DNA of 64,000 nt, taken from contig CBDFJF010000002.1 of the NCBI GenBank assembly GCA_965248265.1, positions 1,888,001-1,952,000 of the forward strand, in the 5' to 3' direction. The DNA comes from Candidatus Latescibacterota bacterium (GTDB lineage Bacteria; Latescibacterota; UBA2968; UBA8231). The notes beneath the pieces are model-generated. The model had not been told where the DNA came from and did no database searches. It saw only the letters and a program-made list of their open reading frames with translations. This document shows, piece after piece, positions 18,816 to 28,516 of the stretch. The first letter of the stretch is position 1; each line of letters starts with the position of its first letter. Position numbers and translations under genes: made by a program.

Positions 18816-20024
18816 ATGAAACGTTCTAAGGCTGTGGGCTTGACCGTTGCAGTCGCCTCGGTTCTGGGCACCCTAGCGCTGCTGTTTTTCATATACCTGG
18901 TCAACAGGGCCGTCGAGTCGCCTCACGCCTTTCAGGCCGCGGCGAGCACCAGTGACGCCTGCCGACCCTGTCATCAGTCCCTATACGACAGCTACGTCAA
19001 AACGGGACACTACCTCACGACCACTGTCGCTTCCGAAACGACCGTCATGGGCGACTTCGGCGAAGGCCGCAATGTCGCGCGCACGCCGGTGCCCGAGCTG
19101 CAGTTCGTGATGGAGCGCAAGAGAGGCGGGTTTTATCAAACTGCCATGTACACCAAGGACTCGACACAGACATTCACCCGGCCTATGCAGATCGTGATGG
19201 GCTCCGGAGAGCGGGCACAAACCTACTTGTTCTGGGAGGGTGACAGACTGTTTCAACTGCCCGGGATGTACTTCACGCCGGAAGCGACCTGGACCCCGGG
19301 TCCTGGTTATGAAAACTGGATCGCAACCTGGGAGGCTTTGCCGAAAAAGAGTCCGGGCATGCTGTACCAGCGACCGATCAGCGGACGCTGCATCGAGTGC
19401 CACGCCGCAACGGCAGTACCTGTTGGCGGCCCAGCAAGGTTCCGATTTCGGCCCGCCAGTTTCGAGGTAGGCATCAGCTGCGCGAACTGCCACGGTCCGG
19501 GCGCCCGACATATCGCCTTCCACGAGCAGAATTCGGAAGAGCAAGAGGGCCAACACATCGTCAACCCGGCCAATCTCAGTCGATCGCAACAGATGTCTTC
19601 CTGCGCCCTGTGCCATGCCGGGCAGGGGATTCCAAAAACGCCGCCGCTGTCCTTCCGCCCGGGCGACGAAATCTCACAGCATCTCTTCTACCGGAAAGCG
19701 GAGCAGAAGAAGCTGTCCGTCCACGGCGGGCAGGTGCCATTCCTCCAGGAAAGTCGCTGTTTTGAAGAGTCGGGCGACATGACGTGTTCCACCTGCCACA
19801 ATGTGCACGAAGACCAGACGGACCAGACCGCTATGTTTTCGCGCAAGTGCCTGACCTGTCACGAACAATCCCACACTGAAGAGCCCGAACTAGCGCAGGG
19901 CGACCGCTGCACTCAATGCCACATGCCAGATCAGCAAGCGAGCAATCTGCCGGTGTTCCACGAGGGGGATGAGTGGTTCCTGTCGATGGCCAATCACCGC
20001 ATCGGGATCTTCGAGGACCAATAA
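18816..20024 (+). CDS. Membrane-anchored multiheme c-type cytochrome
   Basis: Seven CxxCH motifs (CRPCH, CIECH, CANCH, CALCH, CSTCH, CLTCH, CTQCH); N-terminal TM helix. Confidence 0.9.
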   Translation: MKRSKAVGLTVAVASVLGTLALLFFIYLVNRAVESPHAFQAAASTSDACRPCHQSLYDSYVKTGHYLTTTVASETTVMGDFGEGRNVARTPVPELQFVMERKRGGFYQTAMYTKDSTQTFTRPMQIVMGSGERAQTYLFWEGDRLFQLPGMYFTPEATWTPGPGYENWIATWEALPKKSPGMLYQRPISGRCIECHAATAVPVGGPARFRFRPASFEVGISCANCHGPGARHIAFHEQNSEEQEGQHIVNPANLSRSQQMSSCALCHAGQGIPKTPPLSFRPGDEISQHLFYRKAEQKKLSVHGGQVPFLQESRCFEESGDMTCSTCHNVHEDQTDQTAMFSRKCLTCHEQSHTEEPELAQGDRCTQCHMPDQQASNLPVFHEGDEWFLSMANHRIGIFEDQ

Positions 20025-20095
20025 CACACCCGAGCTCGTGTCAACGCTGCCGAGTCGGACTGCTGCCCCCGCGGGGCCGCCCTCAAACCCCTGCG

Positions 20096-22423
20096 ATGAT
20101 AATTATTGAAAAACGAGTCCCGTTCCCGCGTCCCATTGTTTCGCTCCTGGGTATGTGTCCCCTCCTGCTGCTGCATTGCGGGCCTCCCGACGAACAGCAG
20201 GCGGCCGGTACCCGGCGCATGGCCGAGCGTCTCGAGGAGATCGCCCGGAACGCCGACCCGGCGACGCACGCTTATGTGAACGCCCGGCGGGTGAAGTACT
20301 ATCGCGATCGAGTCGAGCACCTGCGCGAGTCGGTGGCCGCCATGGATCCCCGCGGCAAGCTCCAGATCCTGAATGCCCGCTTCTCGTATGCCAGCGAACT
20401 CCTGAGGGCCGGTCATTCCGAGGACGCAGTGAAAGAGTACCGGGAGCTTCTGGCTGTGAAAGAGTACCGGGAGCTTCGGACTGAGGCCGATCGCCGGTTC
20501 CAGCCGACTCTGCAGAGGCTCGTCGGGGTGTCTTACCTCCGCCTCGGAGAACAGGAGAACTGCATCCTGCAACACACGATCGATTCCTGCCTGCTGCCGA
20601 TTCGGGAGACCGGCGTCCACCAGGCCCAGCGCGGATCGCGGGCGGCCCTGAGCGAGTTTCTCGAAGTCCTGAGCGGGAATCCGCGGGACCTGTCTGCCCG
20701 CTGGCTGCTCAATATCGCCTACATGACGTTGGGCGAGTACCCCCGTGAGGTGCCCTCCAACTACCTGATTCCTCCCGAGCTGTTCGAATCCGACTACGAC
20801 ATCGGGCATTTCGACGACGTCGCCCCTGCGCTGGGGCTCGACGTGGTGGGGCTTGCAGGTGGCGCCGTCATGGAAGACTTCGACGGTGACGGACACCTCG
20901 ACATCATGGCCTCCTCGTCGGGACTGCGAGACCAGCTTCGCTACTTCCGCAACGGTGGAGACGGCACCTTTGCCGACCTCACCGAACAGGCCGGACTGGC
21001 CGGCATCGTCGGGGGGCTGAATGCCCTGCAGGCAGATTACGACAACAACGGTTTCGCCGACGTGCTGATTCTGCGCGGCGCCTGGCTCGGCGCCGACGGT
21101 CACTATCCCAATTCACTGCTGTCCAATCTCGGGGATGGACGGTTCGTCGATGTTACCGAAGCGGCCGGCCTGCTCGCTGCGCACCCGACCCAAACGGCCG
21201 CCTGGGGCGACTTTGACAACGACGGTTGGGTGGATCTGTTCGTGGGCAACGAATCCGTCGGCGAGGATACACACGCATGCGAACTGTTCCACAACAAGGG
21301 CGACGCCAATCGAGACCCGGTTCGCTTCAGCGATGTGGCCGAGGAAGCGGGAGTCGCGGTCGTCGGTTATGTAAAGGGGGTCGTTTGGGGCGACTACGAC
21401 AACGACGGACTCCTGGACCTGTACGTAACGCGTCTCTTCGATGATGAGCCCAACCTCCTCTTGCGCAACGAAGGGGAGGATGCCCATGGCCGCTGGCGTT
21501 TCACCGATGTGACGGCGACGGCAGGAGTTCCCGGACCGACCTACAGTTTTCCGACCTGGTTCTGGGACTACGACAACGATGGCTGGCAGGACATCTTCGT
21601 CGCCGGGTTCAAAGGCGATGTGGCTGACGTCGCCGCCGACTATCTCGGTCTGCCGCACGACGGCGAAGGACCGCGTCTCTACCGCAACAACGGGGACGGG
21701 ACGTTTGCGGATGTGACGCGGGAGGCCGGGCTCGACAAGCCGCTGATAGCCATGGGCAGCAACTTCGGCGACCTCGATAACGACGGATTCCCCGACTGCT
21801 ACATCGGCACGGGCGACCCGTACATGGAGACCATCGTTCCCAACCGCATGTTTCGCAACGCCGCCGGCCGTTTCTTTCAGGACGTCACCACGTCAGGTGG
21901 GTTCGGGCATCTGCAGAAGGGTCACGGCGTCGCCTTCGGCGACATCGATCACGACGGCGATCAGGACGTCTTTGCCGTTATGGGTGGCGCGTACACGGGC
22001 GATGTCTATCAGAACGTCCTCTTCAGAAACCCCGGACACGGCAACCGCTGGATCAAGCTCAGACTCGAAGGCCGTCGCTCAAACCGCGCCGCGATCGGGG
22101 CGCGCGTCGTCGTGCGCGTGAATACGGCGGACGGAGTTCGCGAGATTCACTCGACGGTGAGCAGCGGGGGCAGTTTCGGCGCCTCGACCCTGCAGCGGGA
22201 AATCGGCCTGGGGCAGGCTACCTCCATTCGCGCAATCGAAGTTTTCTGGCCCGCCAGCGGTGACGTGCAGGTCTTTGAGAATGTCGAAATGGGCCAAACC
22301 CTCGTCATTCGCGAGGGGGACCCCCTTCCGACCGCGCTCAGGTTCGAGCCCTTCGAGATTCCTGGCATGGACGGGTCGGGGCAGCACGAGCACGCCCGCC
22401 ATGGGCCTGGCCACCAGGACTAG
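20096..22423 (+). CDS. CRTAC1 family protein (FG-GAP repeats plus ASPIC/UnbV)
   Basis: Repeated DxDNDG motifs; SNRAAIGARV...GLG...V.WP C-terminal domain; start uncertain. Confidence 0.9.
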   Translation: MIIIEKRVPFPRPIVSLLGMCPLLLLHCGPPDEQQAAGTRRMAERLEEIARNADPATHAYVNARRVKYYRDRVEHLRESVAAMDPRGKLQILNARFSYASELLRAGHSEDAVKEYRELLAVKEYRELRTEADRRFQPTLQRLVGVSYLRLGEQENCILQHTIDSCLLPIRETGVHQAQRGSRAALSEFLEVLSGNPRDLSARWLLNIAYMTLGEYPREVPSNYLIPPELFESDYDIGHFDDVAPALGLDVVGLAGGAVMEDFDGDGHLDIMASSSGLRDQLRYFRNGGDGTFADLTEQAGLAGIVGGLNALQADYDNNGFADVLILRGAWLGADGHYPNSLLSNLGDGRFVDVTEAAGLLAAHPTQTAAWGDFDNDGWVDLFVGNESVGEDTHACELFHNKGDANRDPVRFSDVAEEAGVAVVGYVKGVVWGDYDNDGLLDLYVTRLFDDEPNLLLRNEGEDAHGRWRFTDVTATAGVPGPTYSFPTWFWDYDNDGWQDIFVAGFKGDVADVAADYLGLPHDGEGPRLYRNNGDGTFADVTREAGLDKPLIAMGSNFGDLDNDGFPDCYIGTGDPYMETIVPNRMFRNAAGRFFQDVTTSGGFGHLQKGHGVAFGDIDHDGDQDVFAVMGGAYTGDVYQNVLFRNPGHGNRWIKLRLEGRRSNRAAIGARVVVRVNTADGVREIHSTVSSGGSFGASTLQREIGLGQATSIRAIEVFWPASGDVQVFENVEMGQTLVIREGDPLPTALRFEPFEIPGMDGSGQHEHARHGPGHQD

Positions 22424-22586
22424 GAGCCTGTCCGAGTATGCGCTTTGATAGGCGAGGGGGCGTCATTGTTGTCGATGGCAAGGCGCGTGAGCGATCTGAA
22501 TTGATGAATTCAGAGAGAGAAACGGAACGCAGACAGCGGCAGCAATGACGCCTCCGCAGCCCAAATGGAATACTCGGACAGGCTCC
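22423..22586. mobile_element. MITE (164 bp) with IS5-like ends
   Basis: Perfect 17-bp TIR GGAGCCTGTCCGAGTAT / ATACTCGGACAGGCTCC with TA on both sides. Confidence 0.85.
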
Positions 22587-22942
22587 TATCCCGTGGCTGG
22601 AGCTGAAGTCCATTGCATTGTGAGCGAACCTTCGAGCTGTCCCACGGCCGTATGCACCATGGGCTCCTGGGGGCGCTGCGGTCAATTTTTTCCTTGAATC
22701 TCCGGGTATTTTTCCATATACTGTTATGATTCAATGGAGAGAGACGAACGCAGGTCATTCACCTATAAAGACCGTAAGTTGTTTATTTACAGCGACTAAT
22801 AAAGAAGCGGTCGGAGTTGGTTCTGCGCAAAATCACCAGTTCCCGTTTTCTCTCGCTCGCTGAAGGACTGGTGCGCTGAAAGGAGGTGTACGACGGAAGC
22901 CCGCATTTCAGACATCGGCAGTAGCAATAGTGATCGTTCGAG

Positions 22943-23021
22943 TAGATTTACAGCAGTCATTTAGATTTACAGCAGTCATTTAGATAGATTTACAGCAGTC
23001 ATTTAGATTTACAGCAGTCAT
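22943..23021 (+). repeat. 19-bp tandem repeat x4
   Basis: TAGATTTACAGCAGTCATT at 22943, 22962, 22985 and 23004, with an extra TAGA before unit 3. Confidence 0.95.
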
Positions 23022-23049
23022 CCTTCCACAGCTAAAAGGAGAAGCGACA

Positions 23050-23952
23050 ATGAAGAAGATCATCATCATGGCTGCAGTTCTGGGCCTGGTGCTCGCCACC
23101 ACTCCAAGTTCAGCCCACGTGCCATCGGATGCCAACTTTGCGGCAGTGATGGTGCCCATCGGCGAGGATGGAGTCCAGGACCTCTCAATTGACGGTTCAC
23201 TCTCCGAGTGGGACAACGTGCCGTCCGCGTTCTGGACCACCCATGATGACCTCGTAGAGATGATCACCGGTACCCAGGGTGACCCGGATGCGGGCAACCT
23301 CGCCGAGCGCATCATCGTCGGCTGGCACCCAGAGACCAACTACCTTTACTTCATGGAGGAAAAGTTCGACCAAGCGTTTTATACGGTCGAAGAAACCAAC
23401 GACAACCTCACCATCGCGATCGATGCGAACCACAGCGGCGGACAGTACTATGGGGAGGCCATAGAGGAGGTAGACTATTCGCGCCAGGCACAGCACTGGA
23501 AGACGGTGTTCAACGCTCCCGACAACCCCATTTTTTTGTGGGGCGGCACGAGTGTGTGGGCCACGGCGGAGCCTTACACCGGTTCCAGATTTATCATTGA
23601 CGGCGAGAACGGTGGCCCCACCACCCTCACGTCGGAGGCTTGGTTCACCCCCTTCGACGACCTGCCCAGCGATTCGACCGGTCCCGACGACGACCGCATA
23701 ATCATCAACGACCTGACGGAAGGCAATATCGTCGGTATCGGCGTAGCCGTTCAGGACGATGACAACGGCCCGAGCGGTGGGTACGACGGCTACTGGGTCT
23801 CCACTGGCGACGTCATCATGTACTACCACGGCGACGCCCTGGTAGACTACGTGCTAGGGGGTTTTAACGCGGCCTTTTGGGTAGCTGGAGAAAACATGAC
23901 AGCGGTCGAGACCGACAGCTGGGCTCGCATCAAAGCGGGCTTCTCCAACTAA
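23050..23952 (+). CDS. Secreted acidic CBM9/DOMON-like protein with C-terminal TAVE..SWARIKA tail
   Basis: Signal peptide; IDGSLSEW, IAID, GIGVAVQDDD motifs; RBS AAGGAG. Confidence 0.75.
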   Translation: MKKIIIMAAVLGLVLATTPSSAHVPSDANFAAVMVPIGEDGVQDLSIDGSLSEWDNVPSAFWTTHDDLVEMITGTQGDPDAGNLAERIIVGWHPETNYLYFMEEKFDQAFYTVEETNDNLTIAIDANHSGGQYYGEAIEEVDYSRQAQHWKTVFNAPDNPIFLWGGTSVWATAEPYTGSRFIIDGENGGPTTLTSEAWFTPFDDLPSDSTGPDDDRIIINDLTEGNIVGIGVAVQDDDNGPSGGYDGYWVSTGDVIMYYHGDALVDYVLGGFNAAFWVAGENMTAVETDSWARIKAGFSN

Positions 23953-23994
23953 GCAGACAGATCGGCTTGTAAGGAGCCAGATCTGGTGTTGTTG

Positions 23995-24039
23995 AAGGGG
24001 GGGGCGAGATCGACGATCCTCGCCCCCCCTTTTTCTTTT
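23995..24039 (+). terminator. Rho-independent terminator
   Basis: GGGGGGGCGAG / CTCGCCCCCCC stem followed by TTTTTCTTTT. Confidence 0.85.
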
Positions 24040-24054
24040 CGGCAGGAGAGAAAA

Positions 24055-26709
24055 GTGCGCTCACCGGCGTTTTTGCTAGCAACCTGCTCGGCGTTGACGT
24101 TGTCGGCCACATATCCGTGCTGGGGACAGGAGGGGTATTCGCTGGAGCCAGGCAGGGTGGTCGTCGATTCCAGAGAGCATTGGGAATTCTGGGACGCCGC
24201 CGCCAACTCGATCCAGATCAGCGATGAAGGGGTGAAGCCCGCCTTCATCCGCAAGCACACGAGACTGGAAATAGATGGCGGGGAAGTCGTCGTTCCCGGC
24301 ATCAACGCCGCCCTCAATGCCGCCGAGTTCGGCGGCGGAATATTAGCTGCCGGATCCAATCGCCCGAGCGACCCCGACGTCATGGATGGCAGGATGGACA
24401 CCTTCTGGGAACCGGACGCGTCCGACCTGTTGCAAGACCAGTGGCTGCAGATCGATCTGGGCCGGATCGTATCGGCCACCAGGATTGTGCTGAAGTTTGT
24501 CGGAGAAGATCTGGGAGACCCCTTTCTGCAGTTCAGGGTGACCACTTCACAGGGACAGGAGACCGGTGGAGCTCGTCAGCTTATTTTCCGGACACGCTTC
24601 ACCACGGACAAACCGATCAAGAACGAGCGGATTTTCGAGATCGACCTGACCAAACAGCTACCGTCGAGGTGGCCCGATGCACGGGGCGACTTCACCGGCG
24701 ACGTCATCCGTTACGTCGGGGTGGGCATCATGGACAGCGACTTCGGCAGGGGGAGGCGGGTCTCCCAGTCCGAATACGACAGTCTGCCAGCCGACCAGCA
24801 GGGAGAGATAGACTACTTCCGGCGAGAGACGTCAGGGAAGGTTAGGTTGCTGGATGGGAAAGAGGATTGGGACGCCCTGGCGGGCACGGAGAGGCAGGGG
24901 CCTGTCGTCTATTACCGCCGCGAAATACCCCGGCTGGCAGAGATCGAGGTCTGGACCATCGGCGACAACATCGGTATGGGCGTACTGGAGCGGGGCGGAG
25001 GCGTGACCGACCCCGCCGGGGCGAACGTCAACATTGCGGCGGCCGTGGTAGATGGAGACCTCTACAGCGTGCCGCAGTACTGGGCTGGCCTCGCAAGCAT
25101 TGATCTTGACAGGTTGCCGATTACGGCTCCGCCGGATGCGGAGCGCTCGCTGTTCATAGATCTCGGAGGCTCCTACTTTGTCGACCATATCAGAATACTC
25201 CACGCCATTTCGAACCCACCTCCGTTCAGAGCCTACCGCATCCAGCTCTCTGACGGCTCCACCAATGCCGGCGGCGAACTGGCCTGGAGGACGGTAGGGT
25301 CGATCAGAGACGTCTCGCGGGAGCAGACTTTCCACGGCTTCGAATTCCCGCTCACGAAGACGGAGCATTTGGCCTTCACCTACAGGCTCAACGACAAGTC
25401 GACGTACGAGCCGGGGCAAGGGGGCCACGGCGTGTCGGAGATCCAGTTTTTCGGGGAAGGCTTCCTGGCGGAGTTGCAGATCTCGTCTGAGTTCGGAGGG
25501 GAGTCCCCGTTCATAGAGCTGGGGCGGACCCCTCAGAACCTGGCTTCCATCGAGTGGGAGGCCGACGAGCCGCCGGGGACGGATCTCATCCTGCAGACCC
25601 GCACCGGCGACACGGTCGAGAGCGTAACCCGCTATTTCAAAAAAAACGGGTCCGAATTCCCGGGCACCGAAGAGCAGGCGGCCAAGGCCTGGGAGGACGA
25701 AAAGAGTCTCTTCGGGGCTGGCGCTGTGGGTCCGGTGATAGCCGAGACGAACCCGGGCAGTGACTGGAGTGGCTGGAGTCAACCGTATTTCGATTCCGGT
25801 GAAAGGATCACCTCTCCCAGTCCGAGGAGATACGTCGCCATCCGGGCAATTTTCCTGACGGATGATCCCATGGCAGCGGCCGCGCTGCGATCCGTGGCGC
25901 TGAACTTCGTGACGCCTGTGGCCGGCACGATCCTGGGCGAGGTGCTGCCCTCGCGCCTGGAGGAGATCGGCACGAAACAGCAGTTTTCGTATTTCGTCCG
26001 CTCCACCTTCCGGTCGGACAGCAGAGGGTTCGACGAGATCCTCATCGAGGCGCCCGACGGCGTCGACATGAAGCTGAAACAGGTGAACGTAGACGTGACA
26101 GGGCAAGAAACCGTAACGTATACGCCACAGAGCGAGGGGTTTGAGGTGGTGATGGAGACGGATTCGCTGTGGGTGCGTCTACCGGCCCCGATCAAGACGA
26201 CGACGCGTGGATCGGCGCTGGCAGAGCTTCAGTTCGAGGCGACCGTGTTCGTCTACAACACGTTTTTCATCGGCTCCATGGGACACTCGCAGTTCGAAGA
26301 CTCATGGCAGCGGGTGCATGATGGCGACGCCAACGGGGTTGTGGACAGCGAGACGACGGTGGTGTTGGCACTACTGGAGCAGGGCGAGTTGCTGGGGGAT
26401 TTGCAGGTCGACAGCGTGTTCACACCCAATGGCGACGGCACCAACGACGAGCTAGAGGTCAGTTTTTCGCTGCTGCGGTTGACGGCAGCGGTGCCGGTAG
26501 CGATAGAGATCTACGATCTGAGCGGCCGGCTGGTGACACGGATAGCTCAGGAGACCACGGCGGGTCACCACACGGTGGCCTGGACGGGGGTGGATCAGTC
26601 GGGAGCGATCGTGCCACCTGGAATCTATCTGCTGCGCATCGACGTGGATGTGGATTCGACATCCGGGAGCGACACGTCGGTCCATCGATTGGTACACGTC
26701 GTCTACTAA
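24055..26709 (+). CDS. Secreted discoidin-domain protein with C-terminal FlgD-Ig/CHU_C-like domain
   Basis: Two IDLG discoidin-like units; WSGWSQPY..SPSPRRY; FTPNGDGTND...IYDLSGRLV...VPPGIY; GTG after GGAGAG. Confidence 0.78.
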   Translation: MRSPAFLLATCSALTLSATYPCWGQEGYSLEPGRVVVDSREHWEFWDAAANSIQISDEGVKPAFIRKHTRLEIDGGEVVVPGINAALNAAEFGGGILAAGSNRPSDPDVMDGRMDTFWEPDASDLLQDQWLQIDLGRIVSATRIVLKFVGEDLGDPFLQFRVTTSQGQETGGARQLIFRTRFTTDKPIKNERIFEIDLTKQLPSRWPDARGDFTGDVIRYVGVGIMDSDFGRGRRVSQSEYDSLPADQQGEIDYFRRETSGKVRLLDGKEDWDALAGTERQGPVVYYRREIPRLAEIEVWTIGDNIGMGVLERGGGVTDPAGANVNIAAAVVDGDLYSVPQYWAGLASIDLDRLPITAPPDAERSLFIDLGGSYFVDHIRILHAISNPPPFRAYRIQLSDGSTNAGGELAWRTVGSIRDVSREQTFHGFEFPLTKTEHLAFTYRLNDKSTYEPGQGGHGVSEIQFFGEGFLAELQISSEFGGESPFIELGRTPQNLASIEWEADEPPGTDLILQTRTGDTVESVTRYFKKNGSEFPGTEEQAAKAWEDEKSLFGAGAVGPVIAETNPGSDWSGWSQPYFDSGERITSPSPRRYVAIRAIFLTDDPMAAAALRSVALNFVTPVAGTILGEVLPSRLEEIGTKQQFSYFVRSTFRSDSRGFDEILIEAPDGVDMKLKQVNVDVTGQETVTYTPQSEGFEVVMETDSLWVRLPAPIKTTTRGSALAELQFEATVFVYNTFFIGSMGHSQFEDSWQRVHDGDANGVVDSETTVVLALLEQGELLGDLQVDSVFTPNGDGTNDELEVSFSLLRLTAAVPVAIEIYDLSGRLVTRIAQETTAGHHTVAWTGVDQSGAIVPPGIYLLRIDVDVDSTSGSDTSVHRLVHVVY

Positions 26710-26711
26710 GA

Positions 26712-28463
26712 ATGATCGGGACATCACCTCGTAGCGCAGTGGCCCTGCCCGTCTTGTCCGTAGCCCTTCTCGGCCTTGCGACCACGGGCAACGGGGACAC
26801 GATCGTCGTCGGAGGCGGCCCAGGCTCTCGCGCCTGGGATCAGGCTCATTCCGAGGTAACGGCCATCGATTTCGAAGCCACACCCGGTTCCATTCACCCT
26901 TTGCTGACCGACCCGGAAGACAATATTGCCCTGCAGTTGCTCGCACAGGGCGGGCAGATAACATCGCCAAATGCACACATAGAGCTCCAAGTCACCCCGA
27001 GTGCGATTGATGGTTTGTTGAACAGGATGGTGGACGGCAACGGCAACACCGCCTTCGAGGTCAAGCTCCCGAGGACCACGGGGATCAGATTCAGGGTTGA
27101 TCTGGGCGAGCGCTTCGGAGTCAGCAGGATTCGATTTGCCCCTCGCGAAGGGTTCGAGGGGTTTTTTCTTAATGGTTACGAGGTGGCGCTGAACGACGGC
27201 AGCGAGGAGCAGACGACCCGTAGCGGATTTCCCGATTTCCGAGTCTTCAAAAGATTGGAGCGCAATCGAGACCCTGTCGTCGACCTACGCGTGCCGCTGC
27301 AGGTCGTCCGTTTCATAGAGGTGAGACAGCTCGTTCGAGGGGAATGGGAAATCGACGAGTTCCAGATCTTCGGCGAAGGCTTCACTCTTGCTGCCGCGTA
27401 CACTTCGAGCGTGTTCGATGAACGTGGGCCCGCCGTCTTCGGCGATATCACATGGGCACTCGAGACGATAGGTGAGCCGGTCAAGGTATCTGCTACCGTA
27501 TCCACCCGGAGCGGCCGCACGCCGGACCCGAGTGACGGCCAGGAATGGAGTAGATGGTCTTTCCCGTACCCGGCCGGAGCGCCCACACAGATCGAATCGC
27601 CTGCTCCCCGTCGCTACTGGCAGTTTCGCGTTTTGTTTGAGAGCGAGGACATCCGCTCGGCGGCTGTAGTCGATTCGATCGCCGTGGAGGTCTCGCCAGC
27701 GCTGGCCGATTCCGTGGTCGGCGAGGTGTGGCCGCAGAAAGCCGTCGTCGGACCGGCGACCGAGCTGACCTACTGGGTGCGCAGCTACAACAGCGACGGC
27801 TTCGACCGGCTCGACATCGAGACGCCGGCGCGGGTGGAAGTCATCCGATCGGTGCAGATCGACGGGACCGAGGTGGTAGACTGGGACCAGGAGGACATCG
27901 TAGACGACCGCGGCGACATCGCCGGCGTCCGCATCAGCTTCCCGAGAGTCACTGGCGACGACCGGCTGCTGCGCGTCGTGTTCGAGAGCATCTTGTTGAA
28001 CTACAACACCGTCTTCGTTGGCAGGGTCTTCGACACTCAGAGACCGGAGCACCTGCCTTTGACGCTGATCCCGGGAGACGTGGCAGCCGACCCGGTGGCC
28101 GAGGGCGACGACCTGTCGGTTACCACCCGGGTCGTCGGCAACCGCATCATCCACGGACTCGATGTGGATCCGGCGCCGTTCACGCCCAACGGCGACGGCG
28201 TCAACGACGAGACCACGATCACCTACGGCATCGCCAACCTGACGAGCCTTGCCCCCGTCTCAGTGGTCGTCTACGACTTGGCAGGCCGGCCTCTGAAAGT
28301 GGTCTACTCCAGTCACGATGCCAGCCGCAGTTTCGCAAGACACTGGGACGGGACCGACGACGACGGACAGAAGCTGCCACCGGGGCTGTACGTCGTGCGT
28401 CTGGAGATCGATGCGGACACGGGGACGGAGAGCCGGACGGCGATCGTGCCCCTAGTTTACTGA
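26712..28463 (+). CDS. Secreted discoidin-domain protein with C-terminal FlgD-Ig/CHU_C-like domain
   Basis: Shorter paralog of 24055-26709: VDLGERF, WSRWSFPY..SPAPRRY, FTPNGDGVND, LPPGLY. Confidence 0.8.
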   Translation: MIGTSPRSAVALPVLSVALLGLATTGNGDTIVVGGGPGSRAWDQAHSEVTAIDFEATPGSIHPLLTDPEDNIALQLLAQGGQITSPNAHIELQVTPSAIDGLLNRMVDGNGNTAFEVKLPRTTGIRFRVDLGERFGVSRIRFAPREGFEGFFLNGYEVALNDGSEEQTTRSGFPDFRVFKRLERNRDPVVDLRVPLQVVRFIEVRQLVRGEWEIDEFQIFGEGFTLAAAYTSSVFDERGPAVFGDITWALETIGEPVKVSATVSTRSGRTPDPSDGQEWSRWSFPYPAGAPTQIESPAPRRYWQFRVLFESEDIRSAAVVDSIAVEVSPALADSVVGEVWPQKAVVGPATELTYWVRSYNSDGFDRLDIETPARVEVIRSVQIDGTEVVDWDQEDIVDDRGDIAGVRISFPRVTGDDRLLRVVFESILLNYNTVFVGRVFDTQRPEHLPLTLIPGDVAADPVAEGDDLSVTTRVVGNRIIHGLDVDPAPFTPNGDGVNDETTITYGIANLTSLAPVSVVVYDLAGRPLKVVYSSHDASRSFARHWDGTDDDGQKLPPGLYVVRLEIDADTGTESRTAIVPLVY

Positions 28464-28516
28464 TCGTCGTACTGATCGTTTCAGAATCACTCGAAGAGAG
28501 GCAGAGGAGGATCTTA

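Noticed and set aside
18981-18987. CCTATAC motif
   Set aside because: Lies inside the intact cytochrome gene (SLYD) and is not followed by GT; likely chance
22943-23021. Possible CRISPR array
   Set aside because: 19-bp units are directly adjacent with no unique spacers, and no cas genes are present
27728-28516. N-terminal extension of the 1166-aa ORF
   Set aside because: Arg/Gly-rich shadow frame overlapping 26712-28463; RBS and signal peptide point to ATG 28517
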